This document shows positions 23,712 through 31,435 of a stretch of DNA of 31,435 nucleotides, piece by piece. Below the pieces are notes generated by a model that saw nothing but the letters and a program-made list of their open reading frames with translations, had not been told where the DNA came from and ran no database searches. Positions within the stretch are counted from its first letter, which is position 1. Each line of letters opens with the position of its first letter. Made by a program: the position numbers and the translations under genes. Source of the stretch: Myxococcota bacterium (GTDB lineage Bacteria; Myxococcota_A; Polyangia; Polyangiales; Sandaracinaceae); assembly GCA_036149055.1 (NCBI GenBank), contig JAYZQJ010000141.1, forward strand, positions 1-31,435, written 5' to 3'.

Positions 23712-24344
23712 CTACTTCTCGTCTTTCTTGTCGCCGACGCGCGGGTGGATCACCTCGTCGATGATGCCGTACTCCAGCGCGTCGCTGGCCGACAGGAAGC
23801 GATCGCGCTCCGTGTCGTCCTTGATCTTCTCCACCGGCTGATCGGTGTGCTTGCTCAGGATCTCGTTCATCCGATGCCGGAGCTGGATGATCTCCTTGGC
23901 GTGGATCTCGATGTCCGACGCCTGCCCGCGCACGCCGGCGAGCGGCTGGTGAATCATCACCCGGCTGTTCGGGAGGCAGCGGCGGCGGCCCTTCTCGCCG
24001 GCGGCGAGGAGCCAGGCGGCCATCGACGCGGCCTGGCCGAGGCAGACCGTCGACACGGGGCAGCGGATGTACTGCATGGTGTCGTAGATCGCGAGGCCGG
24101 CCGTGATCACGCCGCCGGGGCTGTTGATGTAGAGCGTGATCTCCTTGTCGGGATCCTCGCCCTCGAGGATGAGGAGCTGGGCGATGATGATGTTCGCGAC
24201 GTCGTCGTTGACCTCGGTCCCGAGGAAGATGATCCGGTCCTTGAGGAGCCGGGTCCAGATGTCGAACTGGCGCTCACCCCGGTGCGTCGTCTCGATGACG
24301 GTCGGGAAGGGAATGGCAGCTCTCGGGTCCTGTCGCTCGGTCAT
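23712..24344 (-). CDS. clpP: ATP-dependent Clp protease proteolytic subunit ClpP
   Basis: [34 protein letters not shown]. Start ATG 24344 follows GGGAGAG. Confidence 0.98.
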   Translation of the reverse strand: MTERQDPRAAIPFPTVIETTHRGERQFDIWTRLLKDRIIFLGTEVNDDVANIIIAQLLILEGEDPDKEITLYINSPGGVITAGLAIYDTMQYIRCPVSTVCLGQAASMAAWLLAAGEKGRRRCLPNSRVMIHQPLAGVRGQASDIEIHAKEIIQLRHRMNEILSKHTDQPVEKIKDDTERDRFLSASDALEYGIIDEVIHPRVGDKKDEK

Positions 24345-24462
24345 CGCTCTCCCACGTGGTTGGCGACTGCCTGCATGAACGGCAGCGCGTGTCACTTTCG
24401 TACCCACCGGAGCCTACTGCCTCCGGTGGTCCCCCGGTACTGCCCTTTCGGGCAGCGTCCCC

Positions 24463-25779
24463 TCACTCGTCCCCCGCCTCCTCCGCCTCCGGAGGGGCGT
24501 CGGTGACTGTAGCTCGGCTCATGAGGTAGTCGAGGATCTTGTCCTCGAGGATCTTGTTCTCGAGGCTCTCCCGCCGCTCGCCCGCGTACTCCACGCGTAC
24601 CTTGGCGATGTGCTTGCCGCTCTGCTCGGCGATCTCGGCGAGCTTCGCCTCGATCTCCTCGGCCTCGACCTTGAGGTCCTGCTGCTTGGCGACCGCGCCC
24701 ATGAGGAGGGCGGCGCGCACCTTGTTCTCGGCCCGCTGGGCCATCTCGTCCTCGTCGCCGAGGCCGAGGTCGGCGAGGTTGCCGCCCATCTGCCCCATGT
24801 ACTGCATGAGGAAGGCGAGCTCCTGGCGCATGGACTGCAGCTGCTGCTGTACGAGCGACGGCGGGACCGGCACCTCGTTCTTCTTCACGAGCTGCTCGAC
24901 CACCTGCTCGCGCACCGCGCTGTCGGAGCGCTCGTTGGCCGCCTTCTCGAGGTCGGCGCGGACCTTCGCCTTGAGCTCGTCGAGGGTCTCGTACTCGCCG
25001 ACGTCCTTGGCGAACTCGTCGTCGAGCTCGGGCAGCACCTTCTCGCGGAGCTCCTTGATCTCCACCTTGAAGAGCGCGCGCTTGCCCTTGAGCTCCTCGG
25101 CGCCGGTGTTCTCTTCGTCGTAGGCGATCCGGATCTCGGCGCTCTCGCCGGCCTTCTTGCCGGTGAGGCCCTCCTCGAACTCGGGCAGGAGCCGGCCGGA
25201 GCCGAGCTCGACCTCGCGGCCGGTCGCGTTCATCTCCGGCTTCTCTTCGCCGTCGACCTCGACCACGTAGTCGATGGTGAGGATGTCGCCCTCCTTCGCG
25301 GGGCGCTCCTCCTCGGGGGTCTGGATCTCGGCGTGCTTCTCGCGCATCGCCTCGATCTCCTTCATGACCGCCTCGTCCGCGACCTCGCTCGAGGGGCGCT
25401 TCAGCTCGAGCCCGTCGGTGACGACCTCGTCGACCTTCGGCCGGACCTCGAGCTTCGCCTTGAAGGCGAGGGGCTGGCCGCTCTCGATCCGCGGGAGGTC
25501 GTCGACCTCGGGCGAAGCCACGACCGCGAGCTCGTGCTCCTGGACCGCGGCGAGCAGGCCCTCCTCGATCAGGGTGGCGACCACCTCACCGTCCACCTGG
25601 CGCCCGTAGAGCTGCTTGAGGACGTTGCGCGGGACCTTGCCCTTGCGGAAGCCGCGCACCTTGGCGCTCTTCTGGAGCTTGCCATACCCGGCGTCGAGAC
25701 CCTTCTTGACCCGCTCCCACGGGACCTGGACCTCGAGCTCGACGGTGACCGGATCGATCTCGTGCACCTGCGACTGCAT
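24463..25779 (-). CDS. tig: Trigger factor
   Basis: Ribosome-binding signature GFRKGKVP, FKBP-like domain, LPELDDEFAK. Start ATG 25779 follows AGGAGG. Confidence 0.97.
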   Translation of the reverse strand: MQSQVHEIDPVTVELEVQVPWERVKKGLDAGYGKLQKSAKVRGFRKGKVPRNVLKQLYGRQVDGEVVATLIEEGLLAAVQEHELAVVASPEVDDLPRIESGQPLAFKAKLEVRPKVDEVVTDGLELKRPSSEVADEAVMKEIEAMREKHAEIQTPEEERPAKEGDILTIDYVVEVDGEEKPEMNATGREVELGSGRLLPEFEEGLTGKKAGESAEIRIAYDEENTGAEELKGKRALFKVEIKELREKVLPELDDEFAKDVGEYETLDELKAKVRADLEKAANERSDSAVREQVVEQLVKKNEVPVPPSLVQQQLQSMRQELAFLMQYMGQMGGNLADLGLGDEDEMAQRAENKVRAALLMGAVAKQQDLKVEAEEIEAKLAEIAEQSGKHIAKVRVEYAGERRESLENKILEDKILDYLMSRATVTDAPPEAEEAGDE

Positions 25780-25892
25780 GAACGAAGAGCCTCCTGGCTC
25801 GGCGGAGCGCGCGGCCACGCGAACGACGCGGCCGCCCTGATGACGGGTGGGCGCGCGGACGGAATGCGGGCGCGCGCGCCAGGCGAGCGGGT

Positions 25893-25921
25893 GTCCTAGC
25901 TGCGGCCCCCTGGACCGTCAA
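25893..25921 (-). promoter_or_regulatory. Putative sigma70-type promoter for tig
   Basis: TTGACG-N17-TAGGAC on the minus strand. Confidence 0.5.
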
Positions 25922-25923
25922 GC

Positions 25924-27282
25924 TCAGGGTGCGGCGGGTGTGGCGTCGCGCGGCGGCGCGGCGGGGAGGGCGTCGGCGAACGCGGCGAACGCGCTCTGGA
26001 CCGGCCCGTGGAGGTCCGGCTCGAGGTCACGCAGGATCAGGACCGCGCGGCCCCTCCGCTCGACGCGCTGACGGGCCCGCGCCTCCGGCGGCGCGGCGTC
26101 GGCCACCCGGCGCGCCGACAGCTCGGCTTCGGTCGCCTCGCCCTCGTCGTCCCAGCTCGTCCACCACACCACCGCGGTGCTGCCGTCCTCGCGGAGGTAC
26201 ACCCGGATGCGATCGCCACCCCAGCCCTCGGCCGCGCTCTCGTCGCGCTCGGCGCCGTCCACGCCCTGGCCGAGGTAGATGCCGCTCTCGAGCTCGCCGA
26301 GGCTGTCCTCCTCGTGCGGCGTCAGCCCGGCCGCCGCCAGCTCGGGCAGCGGGGGCAGGGTCACCTCGTCGGAGAGCTCGCCGGCCAGGTAGCGATCCGG
26401 GTGGAGGACCTGCTCGGTCGTCGCGGGCGGCCGCGCGTGCAGCCCGTCGACCCCCGGCCAGCCGCGCTGCCCGTGCAGGGTCGCGCAGAGGATCATGCCG
26501 TCGAGGTACCGCGACATCAGCGGCAGCCGCACGATCGGCGGCGCCTGCTCGATCTCCTGGCCCTGGATCGCGTCGGGGTTCTGGCGGATGAGCATGCGCA
26601 GCATGCCGGCGTTTCGGGTGAGCGCGCTCAGCGGCTGCCCCATGCGGGAGGCCATGTGCCCGATCATGGCGAGGGTCGCGTCGCCCTCGACGAGCGAGGC
26701 GAAGGCGTTCTCGCCGTCGATGGTGCGCTCCTCTTCGTAGCGGTCGCCGAGCCCGAGGCGCTGGTCCTGGAGCGCGTGCACCAGCTCGTGCACGATCACC
26801 ATCTCCGCCTCGCCGAGCTGGCGCTGGCCGCGTCCGGGCCGGAGCTGCTCGGCCACGTCCTCGCGGATCACCATCAGGCTCCGCTCGGGATCGTAGTAAC
26901 CGACGATCTGCTCGCCGAGCACCCGGATGAGGAGCTCGTGGATGTCGAGGTCCGGGGCCAGCAGCCCGATCGCCACGTAGAACACCCGGGCCCGCTCGAG
27001 CTCCTCGGCGTCGATCTGGTCGCGGACGAACTGCGTGATCACGTCGCGGCCCTGGATGCGGAAGGGCACCGGCCGGGCGAAGGTCAGGCTGCGGGTCCGC
27101 TCGGCCACCCGCATCAGCGCGGCGATCGCCTCCTGCTCGCGCGCGGTGGGCGGCCGGCCGGCGATGTCGGCGAGCGGATCGTCCTCGGCGCCGCTCGTGA
27201 CCGGCTCGGGCTCCCGCTCGGGCGGCGGTGGCGCGCTCGGGCCGCAGCCGGCGAGCGCCAGGGCGAGCAGCAGGTGCCTCAC
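25924..27282 (-). CDS. Lipoprotein, putative zinc metallopeptidase (HExxH plus downstream EG-A)
   Basis: Lipobox LALAGC, VGYYDP, IVHELVHALQDQ, LVEGDAT, PPATTEQVLHP, GWGGD. The GTG start overlaps the rnj stop. Confidence 0.85.
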   Translation of the reverse strand: MRHLLLALALAGCGPSAPPPPEREPEPVTSGAEDDPLADIAGRPPTAREQEAIAALMRVAERTRSLTFARPVPFRIQGRDVITQFVRDQIDAEELERARVFYVAIGLLAPDLDIHELLIRVLGEQIVGYYDPERSLMVIREDVAEQLRPGRGQRQLGEAEMVIVHELVHALQDQRLGLGDRYEEERTIDGENAFASLVEGDATLAMIGHMASRMGQPLSALTRNAGMLRMLIRQNPDAIQGQEIEQAPPIVRLPLMSRYLDGMILCATLHGQRGWPGVDGLHARPPATTEQVLHPDRYLAGELSDEVTLPPLPELAAAGLTPHEEDSLGELESGIYLGQGVDGAERDESAAEGWGGDRIRVYLREDGSTAVVWWTSWDDEGEATEAELSARRVADAAPPEARARQRVERRGRAVLILRDLEPDLHGPVQSAFAAFADALPAAPPRDATPAAP

Positions 27283-28949
27283 GCGTCGACCCGGAGGATC
27301 ACGCCGTAGCAGAGCGGCTTGCGGCCGAGGGACTTGGCGAAGAAGCGCTTGAGCGCCCGCTTGGCCTCGATCTCGAGCGTCTCGTCGTCCGGGCGCTCCT
27401 GCACGCGGCGGCTCCGGGTGAGGGCCTCGAAGACGTAGTCGCAGGCGTCGTCGAGCATGTCCTCGTTCTCGTCCTCGTGGAGCACGCCGCGGGTCAGGAT
27501 GTCGACCGGCCCGAGCGGGCGGCCCCGATCGTCCACGACGACGCTCACCATCGCCACGCCCAGCTCGGCGAGGAGCGCGCGGTCCTTGATGACGCGCTCG
27601 GAGATCTCCTGGCCGCGCTCGCGGTAGACCCGCCCGGTCGCGGCGGCGCCGACGACCTCCATGCGCTCCGGCGAGAGCTCGACCACCGCCCCGTTCTCGA
27701 CCACGAGCACGTCCTCGACCCCGCAGGCCTCGGCGATCTCGCCGTGGCGGCGGAGGTGGAGGTAGGTGCCGTGCACCGGCACGAAGCTCCGCGGGCGCAG
27801 CAGCTCGATCAGCCGGCGCTGCTCGTCCCGGTGGGCGTGGCCGCTGACGTGGATGCCGGGGGCGATCCGCTTCCAGATCACCTCCACCCCGCGGCGCTCC
27901 AGCGCGTTGATGAGGTGGTGCACCTCCTTCTCGTTGCCCGGGATGATGCGCGCGGAGTGGATCACGCGGTCGCCGGGCTCGAGCTCGAGGTCGGGGTGGG
28001 TGCCGTTGGCCAGCCGCGCGAACGCGGCCGGGGGCTCGCCCTGGGTGCCGGTCGCCAGCACCAGGACCTTCTCCCGGGGGAGCGCGCGCGCCTTGTCGCG
28101 GGGGACCCGGACCGCGTCGAGGCCGTCGAGGTAGCCGTGCAGCGCGCCGAGCCGGGCGTGCATCTGGAGCGAGCGCCCGAGCAGGCAGAGCTTGCGGCCG
28201 GTGGCCTTCGCGATCTCGGTCAGCGCCCGGAGGCGGTGCACGTTCGAGGCGAAGAGGGTGACCACCACCCGGCCCTCGGCCTCGCGGATCAGGGGCTCGA
28301 GGCTCGCGTGGGCCTCCGCCTCGGTGCCGGTGGTCCCGTCGGTGACCGAGTTCGTCGAGTCGCTGAAGAGGAGGCGCACCCCCTCCTCGTCGCGGAGCCG
28401 GGCGAGGCGATCGAAGTCGAAGCCCTCGCCGTCGGTCGGCGCCTCCTCGATCTTGAAGTCGCCCGAGTGCACCACCACCCCGGCCGGGGTGCGGAAGATG
28501 AGCCCGGTGCAGTCGGGCATCGAGTGGGTGACCCGGAAGGGCTCGATCTCGAACGGCCCGGCGGTGAACGCCTCACCCGGGCGGATGGGCCGGAGATCGG
28601 CCTCCAGCCCCGGGGGCCCGTCCCAGGCGAGCTTCTCCTTCAGGAGCGAGAGCGCGTAGGGCGGTCCGTAGACGGGGACGGCGCGCGCCGCGAGCAGGTG
28701 GGGCACCGCGCCGATGTGGTCCTCGTGCCCGTGGGTCAGCACGATCGCCTCGAGCCGCTCGGGCTCGTCGAGCACGTAGCCGAAGTCGGCGTGCAGGGTG
28801 TCGACGCCGAGGTTCCGGCCGTCGAAGGCGAGGCCGCAGTCGAGCACGATGCGCCGGCCGCCGGTCTCGACCGCCATGCAGTTCATGCCGATCTCACCCA
28901 GGCCCCCCAGGGGCACGAAGCGAACGGTTTCCGAGGTGTCGACGGGCAA
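27279..28949 (-). CDS. rnj: Ribonuclease J
   Basis: PLGGLGEIGMN, THGHEDHIG, THSMPD, HSGDFK, DSTN, FASNVHR, GTQGEP, IHVSGH. TTG start. Confidence 0.96.
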   Translation of the reverse strand: MPVDTSETVRFVPLGGLGEIGMNCMAVETGGRRIVLDCGLAFDGRNLGVDTLHADFGYVLDEPERLEAIVLTHGHEDHIGAVPHLLAARAVPVYGPPYALSLLKEKLAWDGPPGLEADLRPIRPGEAFTAGPFEIEPFRVTHSMPDCTGLIFRTPAGVVVHSGDFKIEEAPTDGEGFDFDRLARLRDEEGVRLLFSDSTNSVTDGTTGTEAEAHASLEPLIREAEGRVVVTLFASNVHRLRALTEIAKATGRKLCLLGRSLQMHARLGALHGYLDGLDAVRVPRDKARALPREKVLVLATGTQGEPPAAFARLANGTHPDLELEPGDRVIHSARIIPGNEKEVHHLINALERRGVEVIWKRIAPGIHVSGHAHRDEQRRLIELLRPRSFVPVHGTYLHLRRHGEIAEACGVEDVLVVENGAVVELSPERMEVVGAAATGRVYRERGQEISERVIKDRALLAELGVAMVSVVVDDRGRPLGPVDILTRGVLHEDENEDMLDDACDYVFEALTRSRRVQERPDDETLEIEAKRALKRFFAKSLGRKPLCYGVILRVDA

Positions 28950-29040
28950 GGCGGGATCCGGAGCTCGGGCGGGGGTTTAGCCTCATGGCGCCGCGCCGTC
29001 GAGCGTGACGCGGCGTGGGGGTGAGGCCCCCCAACTTCGA

Positions 29041-29069
29041 TTGCCCACCCCCCGGCCTCGTGATAGCAC
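29041..29069 (+). promoter_or_regulatory. Putative sigma70-type promoter for the TIGR04551-like gene
   Basis: TTGCCC-N17-TAGCAC with TG upstream of the -10. Confidence 0.4.
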
Positions 29070-29103
29070 CGGCCCGCGCGGGGACGTCCCTCCGCGCGGA
29101 GAC

Positions 29104-31275
29104 ATGATGAGACGTTTCGTACCCTCGTGGCTCGCGCTGACTCTGCTCTGTCTCGGAGTCGCGTCCATCGTCGCCCTGGCCCCGTCCTGGGCCGTGGCCC
29201 AGCCCCCCGCCGACGACGAAGAAGAGGTCGAGGAAGATCTCCCCGCCGACGAGGAGGACCCGTACGGCGAAGAGGGCGACTGGGAGGACGAGGAGGAGGA
29301 CGACGCGCCCGGCCTCCGTCCGCCCGTGGTCGAGAGCCTCGAGATGGACGACGAGGAGGAGCTCGACGAGGAAGAAGAGGACGAGGAGGACGCCGAGGAA
29401 GACGAGGAGGAGGACGACGAGCTCCCGTCTCCGGCCGAGGCCCAGCAGCGCCTCGAGGAGGGCCCCGCCGGCGACAGCGATCCGACGCTCGCCCGCTGGA
29501 CGACCCCGCAGACCGTCTTCGATCTCCACGGCTACATCCGCTTCCGCGGCGAGTTCCAGGACAACTTCTTCCTGGACCGCGTGCTCGGCGAGTCGACGCC
29601 GATCAACCAGATCGACCCGATGTCGAGCCTCGGCTACTCGCGCGGCACCGCGCCGCTGCCCTTCGGCCTGTTCCGGCCGGCCGAGGACGGCCGCATCCCC
29701 GACGGCGGCGGCTGCGGCTTCGACAGCGAGGGCCGCGCGCTCCCCTGCGCCCAGCACGCCAACGCCTACGCGAACATGCGGCTCCGGATCGAGCCGACCA
29801 TCCACCTCTCGGACGACGTGCGCATCCGCATGCAGTTCGACGTGCTCGACAACCTGGTGCTCGGCTCGACGCCGAACTCCCTCGCGGTGGGGCCGGCGCG
29901 CGTCGGTGGCGTGATCGACCCGTTCTACCGCTACGAGCGCACCACCTTCGCGCCGATCGACACCCTGTCGACGTCGATGGCCAGCCCGACCTACGGGCTG
30001 AACTCGGTCGAGGACGCCATCCGGGTGCGGCGGGCCTGGGGTGAGGTCCGCAACCGCGGCCTCGGCGAGCTCCGCTTCGGCCGCATGGGCGACCACTGGG
30101 GTCTCGGCATCCTGGCCAACGGCGGGAGCGGCATCGACTCGGACTACCAGACCGACGTCGACCGGATCATGATCATCACCCGCCTCGCGGGGATCTATCT
30201 CTTCGGCGCCTGGGACTTCGCCTCCGAGGGCCTGCTCTACAACGAGATCGCCGACGTCGGCGGCGTGCCCTTCGACGCGAGCCGCATCGACGACACCGAC
30301 CAGTTCGTGCTCGGCGCGGCCTACCGGGCCACCGACGAGGAGCGCGAGGCGGCGCTCCAGCGCGGCGACGCGGTGTTCAACATCGGCGCGCGCTTCCAGT
30401 ACCGCAGCCAGAACCTCAGCTCCTACGCGACCACGAACCCGTTCGGGCTCTGCACCATCTGCGACGGCACCACCCTCGACAGCGGTGAGCGCGGCTTCGG
30501 CGAGCCGCTCTTCGTGCGGCGCGGCGCCGACATCTACACGCCCGACCTCTGGATCCAGTTCCTCTACGAGAACCTCCGCCTCGAGCTCGAGGCGGTGATG
30601 ACCTTCGGGCAGATCGAGAACCTCGGCGTCTCGAGCTACGACGCCCCGGAGGCGGGCGCGCAGGCGGAGCTGCTCCAGTTCGGCCTCGCGTTCGAGGGCG
30701 AGTACCACCTGCTCAACGACCAGCTCGGCATCTATTTCAACGCCGGCTACGCCTCGGGCGACGCGGACCAGGAGGGCCTGAGCCTCATCGGCGGCCTGCC
30801 CGCGCAGATCCCCGCCGGCCCCGACGGCCGCGTGGACCGCACCTACAGCACCTTCTACTTCCACCCGAACTACCGGGTCGACCTCATCTTCTGGCGCCAG
30901 CTCATGCGCCAGGTCGGCGGGGCCTACTACTTCAAGCCCGGCCTCAGCTACGACTTCATCCGCAACAGCTTCGGCCAGCTCCTCGGCGCCCGCGCCGACG
31001 TCATCTGGAGCCGCGCGGCGGTGCCGATGCAGACCTGGGGCAACGCCGACGACCTCGGCGTCGAGATCGACGTCTCGGTCTACTACCGCAGCGAAGACGG
31101 CCCGGACCTGCTCGACGGCTTCTACGCCCAGGCCCAGTGGGGCATGTTCTTCCCCCTCGACGGCCTCGACTTCGCGCCCCGCGAGTCGATGCGTTTCGTG
31201 GACGCCAACATGGACGGCAACGCCGACCTCGGCCCCGCGATGACCTTCCGGCTGATCCTCGGAATTCAGTACTGA
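29104..31275 (+). CDS. TIGR04551-like myxobacterial outer-membrane (probable beta-barrel) protein
   Basis: Signal peptide, ANMRLRIEPT, FDVLDNLVLGSTP, GRMGDHWGLGILAN, FHPNYRVDLIFWR, and a C-terminal aromatic residue. Family recognised from memory of motifs. Confidence 0.8.
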   Translation: MMRRFVPSWLALTLLCLGVASIVALAPSWAVAQPPADDEEEVEEDLPADEEDPYGEEGDWEDEEEDDAPGLRPPVVESLEMDDEEELDEEEEDEEDAEEDEEEDDELPSPAEAQQRLEEGPAGDSDPTLARWTTPQTVFDLHGYIRFRGEFQDNFFLDRVLGESTPINQIDPMSSLGYSRGTAPLPFGLFRPAEDGRIPDGGGCGFDSEGRALPCAQHANAYANMRLRIEPTIHLSDDVRIRMQFDVLDNLVLGSTPNSLAVGPARVGGVIDPFYRYERTTFAPIDTLSTSMASPTYGLNSVEDAIRVRRAWGEVRNRGLGELRFGRMGDHWGLGILANGGSGIDSDYQTDVDRIMIITRLAGIYLFGAWDFASEGLLYNEIADVGGVPFDASRIDDTDQFVLGAAYRATDEEREAALQRGDAVFNIGARFQYRSQNLSSYATTNPFGLCTICDGTTLDSGERGFGEPLFVRRGADIYTPDLWIQFLYENLRLELEAVMTFGQIENLGVSSYDAPEAGAQAELLQFGLAFEGEYHLLNDQLGIYFNAGYASGDADQEGLSLIGGLPAQIPAGPDGRVDRTYSTFYFHPNYRVDLIFWRQLMRQVGGAYYFKPGLSYDFIRNSFGQLLGARADVIWSRAAVPMQTWGNADDLGVEIDVSVYYRSEDGPDLLDGFYAQAQWGMFFPLDGLDFAPRESMRFVDANMDGNADLGPAMTFRLILGIQY

Positions 31276-31278
31276 GTT

Positions 31279-31423
31279 GGTTGGGCGGGGCTTTTCAAGC
31301 CCCTCCCCCCCCGCTGCGCCGTCAGACCTGTCTCCGCGCCGGGTGCATCGGCACCCGCCGCAGAGACAGGTCAGCCGGCGCCGCGGGGCCCCCCCAACCC
31401 AAGGCGCGCGCCTCCGGCGCGCG
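31279..31423. repeat. Multi-stem palindromic element (REP/MITE-like or structured RNA)
   Basis: Nested inverted repeats: GACCTGTCTC/GAGACAGGTC, CGGGTGC/GCACCCG, CCCCGC.GCGCCG/CGGCGC.GCGGGG, GGGGCTT/AAGCCCC, GGTTGGG/CCCAACC and CGCGCGCC/GGCGCGCG. Confidence 0.7.
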
Positions 31424-31435
31424 TGTCCCGCGCTC

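Noticed and set aside
24361..24375. Sigma54 promoter (TGGC...TGCA)
   Set aside because: GG-to-GC spacing is 9 rather than 10 nt, and it faces antisense to clpP.

Overview
Very GC-rich bacterial chromosomal DNA. It is inferred to be myxobacterial (Myxococcota, probably Polyangia) from a TIGR04551-like outer-membrane protein, an AgmX/PglI-type C-terminal domain protein and a STAS/SEC14-like protein. The right half is core housekeeping: rnj, a HExxH lipoprotein, tig-clpP-clpX-lon and tRNA-Val(TAC) on the minus strand, with a divergent TIGR04551-like gene followed by a highly structured palindromic element. The left half is accessory. It has an 18-bp repeat array, two tandem paralogous SAM methyltransferases, two LysR genes and an SDR, a MASE3-like histidine kinase with a phytochrome-type response regulator, and an atypical Hsp70 coupled to a J-domain/TPR protein. 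It also has a repeat-domain lipoprotein head-to-head with DoxX, an AgmX-tail lipoprotein, and a TetR-OMF-MFP-RND operon with a clear tandem operator. The most unusual item is the Hsp70, which has a ~280-aa Pro-rich insert between the ATPase domain and the interdomain linker, lacks the helical lid, and is paired with its own J-protein. I saw no CRISPR array, integrase or transposase. All family calls are by motif recognition; no database searches were run.
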